Source of the DNA: Trypanosoma brucei
Lineage: Eukaryota
DNA: 64,000 nucleotides
Assembly (NCBI GenBank): GCA_000002445.1
Contig: CP000070.1
Location: 480,001-544,000, forward strand
Reading direction: 5' to 3'
The translations under genes and the position numbers were made by a program. A model generated the notes under the pieces. It was not told where the DNA came from, did not search any database, and worked only from the letters and a program-made list of their open reading frames with translations. Positions 59,581 to 64,000 of the stretch are shown piece by piece (position 1 is the stretch's first letter; each line of letters starts with the position of its first letter).

Positions 59581-60828
59581 TCACACCACGCCATCAACCT
59601 TAAGGTTGTCCTGCAGCTCTGTTAGGCGCTTAACGGCTTGTTTGCGTCTCAACCGCCATTCGTCCTCTAAATCATTTAATCCATCCGTACGAAAAAGAAT
59701 GCGCATAAGTTCCTCATAGTAACCCTGTCTCTGGTTTAGTGTAAGTCCATCTTGATTAACCATCGGTTCCATAGCGGCTATATTTGACTCAATTTCAATC
59801 AGCATTGTTTTCTGGACACCATTGACTTCGTTGGGGGAAAAGTAAAGAGAATATATCCCATCCGCGTCGGGGTTGATGGGCACAGGTTCAATGGTACCAA
59901 CTCCTGAGCGAATGCCGCAGCTAGAGAGTTTGGTGCTCAAGTTATTTAGCTGCTTTCCACGGAAAACAAGTTTACATCCTGCAAGCCGTGGCTCCTGTGC
60001 TACGGCTGCGAGAAGTACATCATCCAGCGTGGCCTCATCCGGTAATGTAAGCAACACGTTTCGCTTCAGACCAGGAGACAAGCAACGGAGCGACACTACT
60101 GACCGCGGAGACAAGGGTTCTGATGGCTGACTTTGCTGCTTCATATCAGGTTGAAAATCATCAGCCGCCTTCGCACTTTCAGATTCTGTTGTGAAACTGC
60201 TACGTGTAATATTTGATGGCACCCCCATAGGCGACGGTATCGTTTGCCGCCCTGTTGCGGCATTGTTATGATGGGAGGTTTGAGGACGGCTATTTGCTGA
60301 TTCAAAAGCTGAGGGTGCAGAGTATCGCGTGTCATTACCAACGGATTGATGCTCGGAAGTCGGCTGCCGTTTGGGTGACTGCCATCCACTCAATGATGCC
60401 AATGGAGGTGAACCACCACTCAAGCGCACACCCGAAGCAAATGTTCGCTGCTTTGGCGAATACGCGGACTCCATCGTCCTATTGTATGGCAAGTTGTCGT
60501 TTTGTTGTGGTTGGCCCTGCTGCCTTGGGGAGTCTGTTTGTTGTTGCGTGCAGTACGGATGCTGATGATGTGACTGCACTCGAGAGCGCTGCGAAACGTT
60601 TGTGGGAAGCTCAATGATAAGTGATCCATCTGGAAAATCACTCAATGCACTGCGCGGGCCTATCTCTTGGTAGTCGTGTACTATTCGAGTCCCTTTTGGG
60701 TAGTCGTACTGATTCACAAGGAAGTTAACTAGTCTTTCTACTGTACAATCGCGTGGCAGCACGAGGTCTATGATTTCCCCGCGTGAAGACCGCAACCGTG
60801 TCGTCACAGTTGCAGACGTTTGATGCAT
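59581..60828 (-). CDS. Ubiquitin-like plus BAG-domain co-chaperone (BAG1-like), 415 aa.
   Basis: ATG at 60826-60828. The UBL segment LTLPDEATLDDVLLAAVAQEPRLAGCKLVFRGKQLNNLSTKLSSCGIRSG resembles the BAG1 UBL (KLIFKGKSL...LSALGIQDG). The C-terminal helical segment YYEELMRILFRTDGLNDLEDEWRLRRKQAVKRL is BAG-like. The middle is a Q/S/P-rich linker. Confidence 0.5.
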   Translation of the reverse strand: MHQTSATVTTRLRSSRGEIIDLVLPRDCTVERLVNFLVNQYDYPKGTRIVHDYQEIGPRSALSDFPDGSLIIELPTNVSQRSRVQSHHQHPYCTQQQTDSPRQQGQPQQNDNLPYNRTMESAYSPKQRTFASGVRLSGGSPPLASLSGWQSPKRQPTSEHQSVGNDTRYSAPSAFESANSRPQTSHHNNAATGRQTIPSPMGVPSNITRSSFTTESESAKAADDFQPDMKQQSQPSEPLSPRSVVSLRCLSPGLKRNVLLTLPDEATLDDVLLAAVAQEPRLAGCKLVFRGKQLNNLSTKLSSCGIRSGVGTIEPVPINPDADGIYSLYFSPNEVNGVQKTMLIEIESNIAAMEPMVNQDGLTLNQRQGYYEELMRILFRTDGLNDLEDEWRLRRKQAVKRLTELQDNLKVDGVV

Positions 60829-61723
60829 GTCACCGTATGCAATGCAGCCCCGCGGATAGTGTATTTAATCAAAATACTTTTGCCTTCACACCCTCCTGCA
60901 ATAGTTGGGTATGAGGAAGTAGAAAAAACAACAAAATTGTACGGCAGCAACGAAACTGAACGAAGCCAATACTAATAAAAAAAAATGGCCAACCCCCGGA
61001 ACGAATACAAGAAGGATGAAAAAGAAGAGGGACCAAATCTCCTTCCTCTTTCCTCCTTTCCTTTTATTTTTTAAAGGCGCGCAAATGAAAAAAAAAAGCT
61101 TTTGTTCACGCTACAGCTAAGTATGATGCAACCAGTATTCGGCTACGAACGAACTATAGTATATATATATATATAATTTTTTCTTCCCCTCGTAGTGAAA
61201 GCACAAATTAGCTAAATCCTAGTGAGTGTGTGCGCGTAAAATCCTTATCAATGCAATTATCGTTTGCGACACGTGAGGCTCCGCCGAGTTGAAGAAATAA
61301 AACTTAGGCTACACGGAAGATATGTATATATAAATAGAGAGAGTGTGTGGTGAGGCATAAGGAAAAGGGACAAAAGGGGAGCGATAAGAGATATGGCAAA
61401 GGAAGAAATCACATGGACCGTCACTGCAAGCGATCAAAGCAGAAAGTGATGGAGTGGTTTGAGGTGAAGAAGTTCCATTGATTCGCCACAGGGTTTTTCT
61501 CACCTTTATTCCTCTCCCCTTCTCTCTTTTTCTGCAGCCACTGCTGCTTAACACATTCTCTGTACCGTCGCCTCTCATTCATAAGTGATAGGCACCAAAG
61601 AGAAATCTCTTTTTTTTAAAAAAAAAGAAAGAGAGGTGGAAAAGATGGTACTCCAACATTGGCAAGGTACCGTTAGACAACAAACAACAGTTGTGAGCGT
61701 TGCGCACATCGCGTATGCGTGTG

Positions 61724-63106
61724 TTAAGAGAGGTTGCCATACATTACTGGACGACCAGGTACACGATACTCCTTAGCGTAACGAACGATAATGTGATCAA
61801 ACGCAACACCGGGATCCAGCAGCGGTGCAACGTACGCACGAAGCTCCTCCGCCTCCCACCGTCCAGGTCGAATTTCAAACAATTGCCGAGTGCGCAATGA
61901 AACGTCTGTTGAGAGGACATTGCTCGGGGCCCATACAGCACGAGCACCCACGTGACTGTCACCTTCAGCATTACGGACGACAATCACCGAGCCATATAAA
62001 AACTTAAGCAATGCATTCCGGTCCGATTGTGATGGTAGCGTCCCATCCGCAAATAACGAGGACGGGATGCTGGACGTCCATGAGTCATAGAAAATGTCGA
62101 AATCAAGCTCCGGGAAAAGGGAACCACGACGATTGACCGATTTCGAAAGTTTCTTGTCCTGTAACTCCGCTTCAGTAAACTGCGTATTCTGCTCTGCATC
62201 ATCAGCGAGCAACACTGAAGCAGCGAGTGCTTGCAACACTTTCGGTACCTGCAAAAACGCCGCCATCCCTCGAGGGGTTTCACCACTTGCGGTTGCGTTG
62301 CCGTATGCTGCCCGTACAGCCCGCAGGACAATGTGCGGGTAAACTGATGGACAGAGCTGTTCCATGACTCCTTCCCATGACATGGTGTCATACGCATCGA
62401 AAAAATTCAACGATGCTCGCAGGGCTTCACGCATGAGTGCGGGTTTCAATAAGCGAACATACCCATTGAACACTACAGCCCCCATATCAGAAAGAATTAC
62501 AGCCAGTTCACGCGCACTGCTACGGTTCAGAGCTACGAGTTGAGGAAAGGTGTAGAAACGTTGAGCGGAACTTGAGGTACCATTTTCCAACTCCTCCCTT
62601 TTTATGTATTCCACATTTTCGTCTGAGCGTTCCACTGTACCAAGAGTGTCGAGCTCCTTTAATGTAAGGGGAGATTCCAATAAGTGTTGCGAGATATCGT
62701 TGTAGGCTACGGAGGGTTTAACCTCGAAGACCCGCTCAGACGAGCACACCACCACATGCTCTCGCCCTTCCCCCGCATCGGAAGCATTGTCAGACTCAAT
62801 GATGCCATTTGTATCGTGCATTTTCGCTGCTTTTGCTTCTGCAAGGAGAAGTGTGTTGGAGTACTCAACACGCCGCACACGGAATGTTCGCTCATCATCA
62901 CATAAAAGCAGTTGACTGCCTCCCTTCATAGTCATTAGTGTTGTCGCCTCATGGTGAGTTTCATTGATTTTCCCCATTTCTTCACCAGTTTGCTTGCACG
63001 CCGCAACTTTGCATGTGATCTCCTTGAAGTGGTCAGCGCTCACTGACAAAATGCGGTAATCCGCGGCGCAGTCGTCAAAATCCTCGCGTAGCGTTACCCG
63101 CGCCAT
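61724..63106 (-). CDS. Hypothetical protein, about 460 aa from the first ATG.
   Basis: The track start at 63124 is GTG. The first ATG is at 63104-63106 (MARVTLRED...). Non-repetitive, same strand as the cluster. Confidence 0.5.
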   Translation of the reverse strand: MARVTLREDFDDCAADYRILSVSADHFKEITCKVAACKQTGEEMGKINETHHEATTLMTMKGGSQLLLCDDERTFRVRRVEYSNTLLLAEAKAAKMHDTNGIIESDNASDAGEGREHVVVCSSERVFEVKPSVAYNDISQHLLESPLTLKELDTLGTVERSDENVEYIKREELENGTSSSAQRFYTFPQLVALNRSSARELAVILSDMGAVVFNGYVRLLKPALMREALRASLNFFDAYDTMSWEGVMEQLCPSVYPHIVLRAVRAAYGNATASGETPRGMAAFLQVPKVLQALAASVLLADDAEQNTQFTEAELQDKKLSKSVNRRGSLFPELDFDIFYDSWTSSIPSSLFADGTLPSQSDRNALLKFLYGSVIVVRNAEGDSHVGARAVWAPSNVLSTDVSLRTRQLFEIRPGRWEAEELRAYVAPLLDPGVAFDHIIVRYAKEYRVPGRPVMYGNLS

Positions 63107-64000
63107 CACAAGTTTCCCTCTCACACAACGCTGAGGGTTTCCCTCCTGCCGACAGCGGCAGTTCCGTTGCTACCGTGGCAGGTTTTACCTGCTGAAAGGA
63201 AAGGAGGAAAAAAAAGAAAGAAAGGTGGAAAAATACACATAAAGATGGAAACGATGCGGAGAAGTATGAATGACACAATACACGGGGCGGCTGGATACGC
63301 AGAGATGTACCGTATGTTAAAAGAGATGATGGTGGTATTGATCAACTAAGTCATTTAAACTGCTTCCACGGCATTTTTTTTTTAAAATCGAACCACCATA
63401 AATGAAGTTAATGCGTAACTGTATAAATAGCAAGAATGGGGAATGACCGCGATGGAGAGGCAGTCTACCTCCATATGTAATCCTACTTTATTCCTCGTCC
63501 TCCACTTTGGCTCACAGTCAAACCAAACCTCTGTTTTATAAATTATCATAAAAGAATAATTCCTGTCCGCTCCCTTAACCTGAGAAGTCGAAAGTTCCAG
63601 AGCAGTGCCACATCAGATCGCACACATGATGAAACCTGCTGATACCATATGCTTTCACGGTGTATCACATGTGACTGCACTTATGAACCATTTCCACTAT
63701 TTCTTTTTAATATTCCTATTTCGTACATTTGTGTGGTGTTGCCGTTCACTGAAGTTTATTTCACTTTCCACTTCGTCTTCCTTCCCTCCCATGGAGACAC
63801 TACTTAATGCGTTTTCATGTGCATGAGCTTTTGCTTCTCACATCAAACAGAGAAAAATCCCATTTTTTTTTAATTTGAGGAATAAAGAAGTGATAAGAAA
63901 GGCAAAGAAGAAGAAGAGAAGGTGAAGATGGCAAACATAAAACTACATGTAGTGAAAGAACATCACGAGATACGAGGGTTACGCAAACACACATAAACAC

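Overview
The window reads as trypanosomatid nuclear DNA, most likely an African-trypanosome, Trypanosoma brucei-like chromosome. Three things support this: a long single-orientation gene cluster, a bifunctional capping enzyme with guanylyltransferase and cap N7-methyltransferase domains (the kinetoplastid CGM1 architecture), and poly-purine or poly-pyrimidine intergenic tracts rich in (CA)n and (TA)n.

The window splits into two compartments.

(1) Positions 1-33734 are a strongly AT-rich head-to-tail tandem array of a 5.58-5.61 kb unit. There are six complete copies plus a 187-bp partial seventh, and the array is truncated by the window start. Each unit carries one ~690-aa minus-strand gene for a P-loop (Walker A) protein. 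I interpret it as a member of a subtelomeric multicopy family, with the RHS (retrotransposon hot spot) family as the best candidate. Copy 2 is a pseudogene because of a single nonsense change. The ~3.5 kb spacers are almost identical between copies. The coding regions, by contrast, are mosaics of two or three discrete sequence cassettes that sit around the NTPase motif.

(2) Positions 33735-64000 are a GC-richer chromosome-core segment. All convincing genes are on the minus strand, so this is one polycistronic unit transcribed right to left, with the array co-oriented at its downstream end. In order of increasing coordinate the genes are:
- a SET-domain candidate
- an NF-X1-type Cys-rich zinc-finger protein
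- ERCC1
- a DnaJ-type protein with G/F region, zinc finger and C-terminal domains but no J domain
- the bifunctional mRNA capping enzyme CGM1 (most likely 1050 aa from an internal ATG)
- a 271-aa hypothetical
- GMP synthase
- an 81-aa RRM protein
- a 251-aa coiled-coil protein
- a UBL+BAG co-chaperone
- a ~460-aa hypothetical

Intergenic regions are low-complexity and carry many microsatellites and homopolymers. One ORF-free gap of about 5.9 kb (44263-50181) is unusually long. I found no rRNA, tRNA, CRISPR or recognisable transposon body. The ORF-track start codons include non-ATG starts (GTG), so I re-derived several CDS starts to the first ATG.
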